Source: Chrysomallon squamiferum (Eukaryota; Animalia; Mollusca). Taken from it: a stretch of 64,000 nt of DNA. Positions 28,050 to 40,879 of this stretch are shown here, in pieces. How positions within the stretch are numbered: the stretch's first letter is position 1; each line of letters begins with the position of its first letter. The position numbers and the translations under genes were made by a program. Location of the stretch: positions 13,578,001 to 13,642,000 of the forward strand of contig CM022676.1 in assembly GCA_012295275.1 (NCBI GenBank), in the 5' to 3' direction. Under the pieces are notes generated by a model. It searched no databases. It saw only the letters and a list, made by a program, of their open reading frames with translations, and was not told where the DNA came from.

Positions 28050-29214
28050 CTGGAAATGAAAGAGCAAATCAGTAATTTATTACACTTTACGTTTGAAAAA
28101 TATATTATAGTTTCGGCATAAACTCGTACGAGCAATATCACGTCTAATTTCTGTGATTTTTTTCATTCTGCTCTTGACATAACTGTAGACTGTTTTTATG
28201 AATGTTGGAAGGCGACTGTTTTGTTGAAAGCAGTAAGAGATTGGGAATATTTTCATTTGCACCAAAAACACACATATTTATCTGATGCCATAAACAAGAC
28301 AAATAATTTATTAATTGGTTAATTATTAATATAAAAGTATATTTTGTAAGAAAATTACCAAGAAAACGTAAATATAATATAATAATTAAATTTATTACTT
28401 AATCACAAAAATATTGTTCTTCTCATTGCTGCTTATTTAATGAAGTCAATTAATATCTTCTGATTAGATCTCTCTTAAGCATATTTTAATTTATTCGTTT
28501 TATTTTTTTTCCACTTATGTATACTTTTCTTTTCTTCATGTAATTATGATTAGCATTCCCATCATAAGGTTTCTTATTCACGTTGTTCCACATTTTTCTT
28601 ATACTTAATATTACGTATGTTTATTCCTAGTCTATAATTTATAACTTTTTGATATACGTAATTTACACTATCAAACGAGATTCAAGAATATTTAACTGTG
28701 ACAAAAAACAAAACATACTACTACTACTACTACTACTACTGCTACTACTACTACTACTACTACTACTAATAATAATAATAATAATAAATGTGACAAAAGC
28801 ACTGTTATGTATTACTAAAATTATTGAGTCTAATCTTGTAACAATTAACTAAGCTTTGCATTTAAATTTAAAACAAGAAGAGATTAAAATCAATACTCCA
28901 TTAAGTTCAGTCAATTAGAGGTAAATACTATTAAACATTCATGTTTTTCAATGAAACTTGAATAACTCAAAATAAATTGTCAGTCCGAAGTTGTTTCTTT
29001 CAGACTGTTTTGTTTCGGTGTTGTTACTGTAATTTAATACTAGTGAAAACGAGACTCAAAATTAAATAGATATTTAAAAATATAGCTCACAATAAGCTGT
29101 CAGTGTCAACTGGTTACTTTTAGTCTCTTTTGTTTCAGACTTATGCTGATTTAAATGCTATCTATTAAATTTTAACGATGTTAATAATATCAAAGAAAAA
29201 TCTGAGTAACTCAC

Positions 29215-29465
29215 AGAAGACAGTCAGTGTTACTTTCAGACTGTTTTGTTTCAGAGTTTGTCACTGTACACGTGTAAACATTTCCTGCTTCATTCCTGCT
29301 GATGTTTGACAGTCTCAGTTGAGAGTTTGATGTGAGTTCATCATTTCCCAGCTTCCACGAGTAGGAACAGCTTGGCTTACACACAGCAACAGTCAACACT
29401 GAGACTGTGTCCTTCTACCACTTCAACAGGTGATGTTAAACTGAGTGTAACAGAGTCTGGACCAT
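29215..29465 (-). pseudogene. Locus B Ig C2/I-like exon with two frameshifts; paralog of the gene A exon at 40214-40461
   Basis: acttag|AT ... T|gtgagt; YGPDSVTLSLTSPVEVVEGHSLSVDC / AVCKPSCSYSWKLGNDELTSNSQLRLSNISRNEAGNVYTCTVTNSETKQSES / TLTVF; 251 nt. Confidence 0.82.
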
Positions 29466-29635
29466 CTAAGTAATAAAATTAGAATAATATTTAATAAACA
29501 TTATCTACAGTCTACGTATGGAAATGTAATTTTATTTGATGTTACACGGACACAAATTAATATCATTTTATTTAGTTTAATGTTTAAAATGATTAAAATT
29601 CCAATATTTGTTTAGTTAATATGATAATTACTTAC

Positions 29636-29995
29636 AGTAAACAGGTAAAGTAAAATTGTTGCTCTTGTTTAAAGCTGTATTCAGTTGACACCACCAAAGT
29701 GCTTCATCATCAGCTGAAGTTCTGTTTATGGTCAGCGTGTAGTTATTTACACTTGATGATCCAACGTATATCCCTTCTCCACACACTGGAGTGTAGCCAG
29801 TAGCACGATTGAATAAAGAACAACTATCAACAGTCTGATAGAGAGAACCTAGCAGCTGTTTATGACCTCCAGGTTTTAGTTTATAAAATAGTATCAGATC
29901 ACTAAGACCAGCAGCCTGTGACACAGAACAAGTAAATGTAAATTTCTCATTCAATACTGCATAAGACAAAGAACCATATATCTTCAATGATACAC
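29636..29995 (-). CDS. Locus B atypical V-like Ig exon V1, intact
   Basis: 360 nt, gtacag|GT ... T|gtaagt; GVSLKIYGSLSYAVLNEKFTFTCSVSQAAGLSDLILFY...YTLTINRTSADDEALWWCQLNTALNKSNNFTLPVY. Confidence 0.88.
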
Positions 29996-30089
29996 CTGTA
30001 CGGAAAATAATTAAATAATAAATGAATACATTATTCAAAAAAAAAATGGAGATTTGAAAAAATTAAATGGTTTTTTAAATTATTTTTTA

Positions 30090-30133
<44 letters not shown>

Positions 30134-31449
30134 TCTGTCTTACCTAAAATGATTCAAACCGCATGTTAATTATTTCAGATATTCAGTGTCTAACATTTTT
30201 CCAATGTATTCGGCCGTCAACCTGACATAATACGATATATTTTGCACGTATACTACCATACAGTCCTCTAGAAGTTTGAATTATTTAGTGATTCACAGTA
30301 AAAATCTATGAAACTATTCACGATTTTAATTATCATTCATTACACACTGTACTAACTGGTCACTACAGTGATAACTGTCAACTGAAACCAGATATTATAA
30401 AGATATATAATGTTCTGAATAAAGAACAGTGTAAGAGTACGTATATCAATTTGATTTTAATGTGTTATGTGCTATTGTACAGTCAGTAATTATAAAATTG
30501 GTTATCTAATAATTTCACTTGGTATACTGTTACGTACATTACTTTAGTTTGAACAAGGAAATTTATTCACGAAAACAAAATTATAGATAGATAGATAGAT
30601 AGATATATTACAAATGGTGTCCGGATTGCAATAGTGATAAGAATAACTGTTATACACATTTTGCCGTAGATTTGTTTTCTTGCTCTTAATTATTCAATGA
30701 TTTTTTGTTTCTCGAAGATAATTTTTTAGAGTAACAATTTGAAGTGTTTCAGTAGATCATTTCCGACAACTCCATTATGTGAAATATAATCTAAGCGTGA
30801 GTCATTTTTTTTTTTTTTTTTTTTTTTTTTTACTGTCGGGGAATTTGTTTATGTCTTTCAGTCTTTTAATTAATTAACTGCATTCACGATAAATTAGATA
30901 AAACTGAATGAAGTACAGTCAGTGTAGTTACTTTTCATTTGTTATAGAAAATTAGCTCTTTCTTTCTACAAAAATAATACTTCCTGTCTCTGTCACATGT
31001 TTCTAAAATAGTTGTTTTGACTAAAATATTCTCTAAATGGTATTGCAAGTGATTAATTGTTAGTGTACGATTTAGCTTATATTAATTACCAATATAGGTA
31101 AATAATTATATATAAATATATAAACACAAGAAACATTCACCTTGAAGAACAAATGAAGAAATGAATAATTCAGATAGCTGTACAGTGTAATTCTGCAAAT
31201 GCACTGATAACAATATTCAACATTAATATAAGGACGTATATCTGCTAATAACAGAGTATACATTTAAAACATTTACATCACATACAAGACTTTTCATACT
31301 CAGTGTATCAATGAGCTGTAACATTATAACACTATACTAGCTGTCACTATATATTTTACTATCACTGTAGAACACTGCACTTCACAACATCGAAATAAAA
31401 CAAAATCTTAATCGCATCTCTTTCTGTTATTTATATATTTATTACATAA

Positions 31450-31521
31450 TTGTTATTATTATTATTATTATTAATATCAATATTATTATTATTATTGTTC
31501 TTCTTCTTCTTCTTCTTCTTC

Positions 31522-31579
<58 letters not shown>

Positions 31580-31580
31580 T
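31450..31580. repeat. Compound (ATT)n/(CTT)n microsatellite
   Basis: Directly visible. Confidence 0.95.
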
Positions 31581-31813
31581 ATCATAAAAATATACGTCGC
31601 AAATCTGATATGTTTAACGTTCCTTACAGTTTATGGGACTTCATAGTCCGATTCATTCACTTTTCACAGAGACGACGTTCAGTTTAAATAATATACACCA
31701 AACTAGTTTTAACCAGGGAACAGACTGAATAACTTTTCAGTACACAGTTTTTATCTGTAATATCTAACATATTTGTTTCAATGTATGAATTAAATAGTAA
31801 CAATAAAACTTAC

Positions 31814-31868
31814 CTAAACAATATCCAACAATCGAAGCAGAAACAAGTATGTATCCCACTATCGCCAT
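31814..31868 (-). CDS. Signal-peptide (leader) exon L2, MAIVGYILVSASIVGYCL(G)
   Basis: ATG plus a hydrophobic stretch (18 codons) followed by G|gtaagt, a perfect phase-1 donor. Confidence 0.8.
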
Positions 31869-32206
31869 AGTGTATGTTGTGATTTACTTTGTTTCTTTCG
31901 TGTACACAAGTTATAGCCAGTCTATTTAGGTTATCTTACTCGGTCACGTTATTACTTCAGCGCTCTCACTGTAGTAAAGCGTCTACTTCTATCTCGGTTA
32001 AGGTATAAAATATCTCATTCTTGTCAAGACTAAAATAAAAAATAATAAAAACAGATAAACAAGATGAATAACTAAATAATAATAATAATAAAATAATAAT
32101 AATAATAATAATAATAACCAGCTCTAACCGGCATAAATCTGAATAATACAAATGAATAAATAAATAAATGAATAACCAAAAAAAAAAAAAAATGAATGAA
32201 ACTTAC

Positions 32207-32261
32207 CTGTACTACATGTAACAATCATGACAGAAACTAGTAAATATCTCAATGGCGCCAT
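32207..32261 (-). CDS. Signal-peptide (leader) exon L1, MAPLRYLLVSVMIVTCST(G)
   Basis: ATG plus a hydrophobic stretch (18 codons) followed by G|gtaagt. Same 55-nt length as L2, with homologous upstream sequence. Confidence 0.8.
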
Positions 32262-33178
32262 TGTGAATGTTTTGACTAAACTTGTTTCTTCCGGGTACAC
32301 GAGTTGTACTTTATCTAGGTTAGGTTATTGTGTCACATTTCTATAGCGCTGTCATTCTATTAATGTGTCTATTTTTTGTATATTTATTTCACTTTATTCA
32401 TTACATTTCACAAGAATGTCATGTTTTTAAATTATTTTTTTTTAATTGTTTGTTAGTAAATCATATCTTGTGACATATCTTTATAAAATATTTGTATTTA
32501 TAAAACGAGAGAAGATTTCTTGTCGTAGGTTACATCATTCCCCTAACTCAGCAAAACGTGTACAACATTTATTACATTCATGAATGTAGCAAATAATCTA
32601 CAGCTGTTTACATGGTGACTGTTTAATGAATAGGTCAGTACCTCATTATTTTATATCTAATGTATTTTGCACGTATACAAAATATTAAATATTAATCAAC
32701 AAATTATTTTATCACTTAATTGTCTATATTTAATCTAAGGCATCTAATTCGTAAAAATTAGAAAGTGAATGTAGAGATATCAGAACTACAAAAGAGTATC
32801 TTCTGAATTACGTTTTCTATTTGTATCAAAACCCAACTCCAAACTGAAGCGGAATCAGGTTGTTGTTTAGAACAAAATGTAAATACAAGTAATATAGCAA
32901 ATTAGCTGAATGAAATTAAAACCAGCTTACAATGATCATTTTTTATTACAGTAAATATCATATTTAAATATCTCACTATTACAGATCTTTTGTGAAAATA
33001 TCTCAGTATTACAGATACTGTGTGAAAATATCCGTTTCGTTATCAGCAAATAAGATAATAGAAAGGAGGATGACATCATATGTTGCCTTATAGACCCAAG
33101 TTCAGTCAGTAATGAAAAACAACATTCTATTTAATATTATTACACTGTCACTTTATTACAGCTCTCTAAGATAACTCT

Positions 33179-33183
<5 letters not shown>

Positions 33184-33244
<61 letters not shown>
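33184..33244. repeat. (CT)n microsatellite
   Basis: Directly visible. Confidence 0.95.
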
Positions 33245-33246
<2 letters not shown>

Positions 33247-34486
33247 GTACTTTTAAAATAACAAACTGAACATACAGAAAGGAGAACATTTTAATAACTT
33301 TAAAAATGATTTATATACAAATCATTAACAAATGTAACTATTTTAAACATAAAAGATTCACTTAAAAGAATAAAAGAAAAAAGTCAGGGTTGAAATTCGA
33401 AACATTCCGTATGTGCATAATTAAGACGTTTACATGGAGCATGGATATTAAAGCATTTCACACGTAACTTCTATAATGTTATGAAATGTACTCGCGCCAA
33501 AAATTAATCTCGAACAATAACTGATTTTTTTTTTTGTATATTACAGATCGTTTTTGAAAAAACAAAATCGTATGACAACAGCAAAAAAAAAAAAATAAAT
33601 AAAAAATTATGTTTTTATTTTTATCTTACCATAAGCTCTGGTTCATAACCGTCTCCAATTTTTTAGCAGAAATAATAATAATAAATAAATAGATAACTAA
33701 CTAAATAAATAATAACCTTTGAAATTCATGTATTGCATCATTGTATTATTTTAAAGATTAGTCTCATAATACAGATGAGTTTATTTTAGCCGTTTTAACG
33801 CGAATAGTGAAAACCTGGCAGCTTAGTAAGGCACGCCATGCTGTACGAGTGCGTGAAAGAACATAAAATACCAAGTTGGGCACACGTCAAAATTCAGTCT
33901 TTTTAATGACATGCTCAAAAGAAAATTTAACTTTGAACTGACTAAATTGAAACAGAGAAAAGCTTCAATTAAAATAAATAAAGTAGAAACAACACCATAG
34001 CTGAAATTTGAAACTGTTTAAATATGGAACAAAAAAAAGTACATTAAAGCACTTAACATTTAACAATGAATTTCAATAATTTTATAAATATTAAAACACT
34101 TTAATAACTGTAAGAATACTAACAACCAACGTCAACACTTTTCTTATAAAAAATGTCTTCTTTCTGAAATGCTTTGAAATGTACTGAAAATATACCAGCA
34201 TTCTAACTGATGACTTACCTCTGATTGGTAATTCTAACAAGTATTTGGCACAGGTATACTAATACACTATTTAATTACAAATGATAAAAAGAAACACAGT
34301 TTTAAATTCTTTCCAATTATTCTAAAAGTAACTGTCAAAATGTTATAAGATCAGTCTTTCACACTAAATAAATTATATTTAGTTACAAATTAAATTCTAG
34401 AAATATACATATGTATTATATTTCATTTAGAAAAACTTAAAAACAAAAGAATCATTTTAATACATATATAAATATACAAAGTAAGT

Positions 34487-34487
<1 letters not shown>

Positions 34488-34535
<48 letters not shown>

Positions 34536-34551
34536 GTAACAATAGTAATAA

Positions 34552-34592
<41 letters not shown>
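34488..34592. repeat. (AAT)n microsatellite
   Basis: Directly visible. Confidence 0.95.
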
Positions 34593-35174
34593 TTGAGGAT
34601 AAAACCTAAAGAACGAAACAAGAATATAATTTAGATTGTTGTCAATATTTTATACATCTCATATCTCCGTGTTTATCTATCTCTGAGGAGTCTGTAGATC
34701 TACAGCAAACCAGTGATGACTAAAGTGTTGATAAACCTGAAGAAAGATAAAATAAAGATAAAATGATAAACAAAGAATTATTAGACACACGGAAATAGAT
34801 AAGCACACACACAGACAAGAAAGGCATACAGACATAAAAAAAGACAGTATATGTAGATATACATCATTACATACACTGATACAGGCACATTTTTACATGT
34901 ACATATAGATAATACATATATATACATACATACACAAGTACTTGAAGACGGTCCGACAGAAAAGTAGATATACAGAATCACAGAAACATACAGACTGAGC
35001 GATACTAGACATAGGTACAGATGATACATGCAGATATACTGAGAGGAAAGCTGATAAAATTAATATTGCAATAAAATAACTAATATAAAAAAAATAGTTA
35101 CAAGACTACTTACGTGATTATTGCATAAATCATTGAAGAAAATGTGGAATCGCTTCCGCTTATTGGATCTAAAA

Positions 35175-35213
<39 letters not shown>

Positions 35214-35214
35214 C

Positions 35215-35850
35215 TAAATAATCCTTTAATTACTACCAAATATCTAGCAGCACACATATACTCATATCTTTCAAGCACGTCTATCTCCAGAAGTGAAAGT
35301 CTTGTCCCAGTCAAGCACTTATATTCGTTCTTAATGACCTTCAAAAATTCAAATGCTGACAACAGTAAAAACTTGTTTCTCAAAGTTTTTTTGCGATCCT
35401 AGACTATTGATTTAATTGAAATTAGCCTCCGAAAACTCAAAGCAGAGAATAGTAAGTTGTTCATTAAACGGAATAAAATTAACTTGCTATAGGTCATCTG
35501 TCTATGTAAGGCGAATGGCTTCTTTACATAATATATAATTGCATACAGTCCTCAAAGAACTGCCATAGTGAACCATTAACTCTTACTCATTAGTGTTTCT
35601 TTGTATTTACAAAGAAGTGTATTGTGGGAAACATGTTATTAGCAATTTAAATGTGATTTAAGAGAATTGTACGAATTATGCTTGTAAATATGAATACATA
35701 CATACATTCATATATAGATAGATAGCTAGATATACAGATATATGCTTATATATACAGACCTGTACATGTATGTTCATTAGAAGAAACTGCTGTAAATGTT
35801 TGAATTCCCTGAAAGTTAACCTATTTTATTGATACTTTTCAGTTTTTAAT
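35215..35850 (+). repeat. Dispersed repeat or duplicated intronic segment, copy 1 (copy 2 at ~40880-41630)
   Basis: Colinear matches such as atactcatatctttcaagcac / atactcagatgtttcaaacat, gaaagtcttgtc, ctttacataa and gaattccctgaa. Confidence 0.7.
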
Positions 35851-36842
35851 TATCAAGGTGTATCTGTGTCTGTACATACATACAAACAGTCGAAACTCGT
35901 CTAACAGTCAGCTGTTCAAAATCCCACCACAAATTCACACAAAAGCATTTCCTTCTTTAAATGAGCTGTTCTGTGCAGTCACTGGTTTATAACCGCCAGC
36001 AGCCAATGTTTTTCACTGGAAATAATCAACTGAACCTACTATAATGTTCACCGTTTTTACATATTTTAATAGCTTTCCAATGGGGCTAAAAGCAGCCAGA
36101 GCCTAATGCTTGCAAAATATTTAACAGGGTTTTCACTGTTGAGTTAAAGCAAAAGTGCTACGTGTAGTGTTTAAAACATCCTGTTTTACATACAGGTTAT
36201 GAATTCACAGAAAAACTCATGATCAAAGAAACAACAACTCTCCGTTTATGAGCAAATCTTTATCTTTTTCTCCATGCAATTCATAAAGTTTTTGTCTGCT
36301 TGTAAGCCAAATTAATAGAGGTTAAAAAACACTGATTCTGCACTGACTGGCTGAACTGTAACTGTCTACCACTAACCGTGAATGCATAAAATGAATGCAT
36401 ATAACATTGGCTGGGACTTTTACTGAGACTAGGATGTCAACAATGACCACTATGTTGGTATCATCCATGTCAGTGGTATCCATCATTTTCCCTGAGTCAA
36501 ACACCTTCGTTATGGCTGTCTTAAGTCTGTGTTTACTCAGATTCCACAAACTTGCATAATTTACGTTAATTTAATAATGAAATGTGTTGATGAGATGAGA
36601 TCATATTATATTGTGAAAAGAATCATTTTCAAGCATTCTTGACCAGTTTTTAATTAGTGGTTTTGCATATAAAGATTTCAGATGGTTTTATTAAGAACAG
36701 TCGAAGGGGAACTGAGGTTACATGAATGATTAGCACAAGGTTAGGGCTAACAATGTGATTGTGTTACTTACTGCTTGATGGTGTTGTTGCTATTGTCGAT
36801 TCTAATATAAACTTGCATTTATCTCACTCTGTGTCAGTGTGT

Positions 36843-36893
<51 letters not shown>

Positions 36894-37265
36894 CAGGCAT
36901 TAAGCTGTACCTTTATCTATGTTAATAAGCATATTACTCAAAGTGGAACTAAAACAGTCAACATAGTATAAACTTCTTTTTAAAGCTTTTTTTTTATATC
37001 AGAATTAGAAGATAGAAATAAAGCTATTCCTTGATTAGTTAAGCAGAATCGACAAACAATCACTGGCATCTAGAAATTATCTGAAATAATGAAGAATGTA
37101 GCTAAGTGTACTGAGCTGAAGCAAATAAAAAGTTTGGAATAAAAAACAAATTAAATTTGAAACTGCTTAATTTGTTTATAATTTGATTTTGACATCAATA
37201 GTAATAATATGTTTTGTTTTCTGATGATCAGCATTATTGTAATTCTGTCTGGTAGGATGTTGGCT

Positions 37266-37816
37266 CTATGCTGTATTGTTGCTCACATCAGTTTTATTCA
37301 GTGAATCAGTGACTGACTGTTGACAAACTTCAGATTTTGTGAGTTCTTTACAGACATCTTTACTGACTGGTTGATTTGACGGTTTTACATTTGTCTGATT
37401 ATATGAGTAATCTTCAGAACTTTCATTATCTTCATCACTTCCATGGTTACCAGACATATTGTACGAAGATTCATTAGCAATCCTATCTTTGACAGACTGT
37501 GAAGTTTCTACATCTTCAGTGTCATGTTTTTTGTCAATGTTCTCTTGAATGTTACAATTTTCTTCTGCTTTGATATCAACAGAAACCTCAGTTTGAGACT
37601 TTTCAATGTTCATTTTACTGCTCAGTTCAATATTTGTAGTTTTATCATTTTTCTTTGTCTTTTGATTTCTTTGTGATATCAGACAGCATGTTATGATTAT
37701 ACAAAGACCTGTGACACTGATCACTGTAATGAGGATAATACAAACTAAGTTACAGCCAGAACCTGATCCCAGGTTTGGAGTTGTTGTAGCAACACTTGTT
37801 GTACTTCTTTCTTCAG
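37266..37816 (-). CDS. Gene A terminal exon: Ser/Thr stalk, transmembrane helix and cytoplasmic tail
   Basis: ttttag|CT; AEERSTTSVATTTPNLGSGSGCNLVCIILITVISVTGLCIIITCCLIS-QRNQKTKK (hydrophobic segment then basic stop-transfer). A ~135-aa polar tail follows to TAG. Confidence 0.88.
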
Positions 37817-38364
37817 CTAAAAAAGGAAAAGTTCCTGTTTAGGCTAATTAATGGCCTTGCTTCCACTGCTTTGATAATTTCTATTTTTATGGAAACTGAT
37901 TCCTTATGTAAGTTAAATTGTAATTCTGTGTTTTCATTGTAACTTATAATCCAATTTTATAGATAACCATTAATTTATCACATACACAAAATAAAATTTT
38001 CAAAATGTCATTTATATACCTTTATCTCAAACATTTATAACCATTATTAAGCTTAATATAGATTTCTAGCATTCATAAACAATGTTTTTCCTTCTAACAA
38101 AAATAACTATGGCCTTTTCGATTATTTCTTTTACCATAAAATCAATTTAATTTATAAAACTGTACATTAAAAAGCAACCCCCCCAAAAACTAATTTTTAA
38201 TATTTCTTTATATTTTCAGCAAATAGCAATACATTTCTTTATTTAAAACTAAATTATCTAAGTGCTGCCAAAATCTTTAAGATAAAATTTGTTAAGCATT
38301 TTATTTTTTAAATCCAGAGATCTATAGCCTATTTTTTCACGATATCAATGTGACAAATATATAT

Positions 38365-38860
38365 AATCTCATCTTTGTTTTAACGTAAAACCAAGATTTC
38401 TATAAAATGTATTTCAGAAGTTATATTTCTTACATGTATACTAACTACAGATAATTTTATTAATGTACTAATTCTTGTATTTATATAAACTTGAGATTAT
38501 CTATCTCTATATATGAAATTGAGGAAAGATAAATCAAAGACAAATATTAAGTAAATGATATATTAATAATGATAATAAGTGAAAAAACTGCCTTTTATCT
38601 ACTGATGAATGCAAATAACTAAAGTTCTGTTTGGCATTTGTAATACCCTTTTACAGGAAAATATATGATAAACTTTTTAAAGGTAATTTCTAATCTTAAA
38701 TCTGCACTCTTGTTGATTTATCCAGTGGATATGTATTTTACCATCATGATAACACATTACTGTCACAATTTGAATTTACTAATCCCTGTCATAATTTTAT
38801 AAATGTCTATATCCCATAGATGAGATAGTAAGCACCTTAGTTACTGGCATCTTGACAGCA
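38365..38860 (+). repeat. Dispersed repeat; second copy split at ~52975-53345 and ~53915-54080
   Basis: Shared strings aatctcatctttgttttaacg, cttgagatt, aaagttctgtttg and atttatccagtggat.tgtattttaccatca. Confidence 0.75.
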
Positions 38861-39306
38861 AATATAATCATCCAGAGAAATAGCATGTACCCCAACAGAA
38901 GAAAAACACATTGAGATTCGAAAAGCCCTCTAAAAACAAATATGTGGAGAAAAAAATAAAAATAAAAAGTCTGCTTTCTGAAGTGCACATTTTATTCAGG
39001 ATTTTCCATGAACTGTTTAAATAATAATCTATCTCTCATAGTCCTTATCATATATGTATTATTACCAATATTTAAAAATCAAAAATATGATTTATGAAAG
39101 GATTACCAGTAATGGGTTATGTAGAATTTCAATCTGTGCACCCGTATCATTATTTACAATTATAAACAGTATATTTATATAACATAACTATAATATATTT
39201 TATGTTATTGTGTTTACCCTCTCACCCTCAAAATGCATACATAGTACAATTCTCAACCAATTTTACATCTACACACATCTTTTTAGAATATTTTTAATTT
39301 AAAAAG

Positions 39307-39343
<37 letters not shown>

Positions 39344-40213
39344 TGGTTTGAGGAATCTTATCCACAGGGAATTAAAACAAAAAGCACAAGTCATCACATT
39401 TTCTTTGTCAAATTACATCAGAGTAATGTGGAAAGAAGAAGTATCGTGTGAGAGTGACAATTTAATATACAGCTGTTTGTTTGTTGTTATTGAGTTGTTT
39501 TTTTATCATTTGAGGCAAATTGTTTAAGGATGTTAGGCTTTGTACAAACATTTGTTTTAAAGAATGAAATGTTTTATACATAGCAAGAGAGCAAGTTTGT
39601 TTTTAAGTTTAATGATATTCAACATAATATTTGTTTTGATACAACTTTCGTACAAGTCTGTAATCCACACTGGTTATATTTAGTTATAAATTAGATGTAT
39701 GTTGTCATGGGCACCAGTATTTATTACAATGGTAAAATGTCTCCACTTTAGTGACATGATGGCACAGAGTAATCAGTATGCGGCATTGTTATACACTGAA
39801 TAGTAACTTCTCATTGTTAGCAATAGCTTTTGTTGTAAACAGTGCATCGCTAATCCTATACAAACTGTGTCACCTACTGAGAATAGATACATACAACTTC
39901 TCCTCATTCCTTTCATATGTATATACTAAATGCAAAAATTCAAAATTAAAAAAATGTATACAAATTCAATTTAATGAATAATATTTAATGATTTTTCAGC
40001 AGTATGCTACATTTTCAAGTCAAATGCTAGTTTTTTGTTTAAATGTAGAGTGGCAAAGAAAAAGTTGCCACTAACTACTAAGTGACTACAGAATACATAA
40101 TTGACATTTGACAGGTGCATGATTTTTACTCTTTTTTTTTTTTAGTCCACAAGAAATATATTGTAATGAAAAGAATATAGGAAAGATTATCACATAAACT
40201 GTGTAGAACTTAC

Positions 40214-40461
40214 CTTTAACAGTCAGTGTGAAGTTTATACTTTCAGATGTTTTTTAGAATTCTGTGCTGTACATGTGTACACTTCCCCGTTCTGTTCAGT
40301 TTTTACATTACTGAGATGAAGCTGTGAAGAATTGCTTATTTCTGTTTGTTCAAGCATCCAGGAAAATGAACAAGGCGGTTTACAGTTAGCATCACATGTT
40401 ACATCCAGACTCTCTCCTTCAGTAACTTCACCAGGTTCCAGTGGAATCAGTGTGATGTTGT
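40214..40461 (-). CDS. Gene A Ig C2/I-like exon (1-nt frameshift in an A6 run, possibly a consensus error)
   Basis: ctttcag|AC ... G|gtaagt; NITLIPLEPGEVTEGESLDVTCDANCKPPCSFSWMLEQTEISNSSQLHLSNVKTEQNGEVYTCTAQNSK / TSESINFTLTVK. Length 248 nt; the frame is restored by one extra A at 40250-40255. Confidence 0.85.
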
Positions 40462-40879
40462 CTGAAAGGCAAATTTTAGAAACTGACGTGAAAATGTGAT
40501 GTTAAAAAACAAAACAAAAAAAAACATGTAACTATCCAAAGGTTAATGGTTACTTTAAAAAAAAAAACTGTTTAGTTAATCAAACAATTATTAATGTCAG
40601 ACAATTTAGTTTTTTGTTTTTTGCCACACTGATTTTAAATGAATGTTTGTTAGGCATATGGGTGTTATGGGCAAAACCTATCTTGGTCATTGGTAGTTAA
40701 TGTTGAAAGAAATGGGTAACATGTTTAGATATATATAAAAAAAAAAAACCTGTTAAGAGCTCAACAAATAGATCATTTTTATAATTTTGAAAATTTTAGT
40801 TGAATGTTATAAACTGTCAGTGTAGTTGTGGTTTGTCATTTCTGATAAATCAAAAGTCAAGCTATTAAATGTTCCATAA

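Noticed and set aside
34214-34737. Additional leader or UTR exons (donor at ~34218, acceptor at ~34737)
   Set aside because: No ATG-initiated hydrophobic frame; isolated splice-like motifs are expected by chance.
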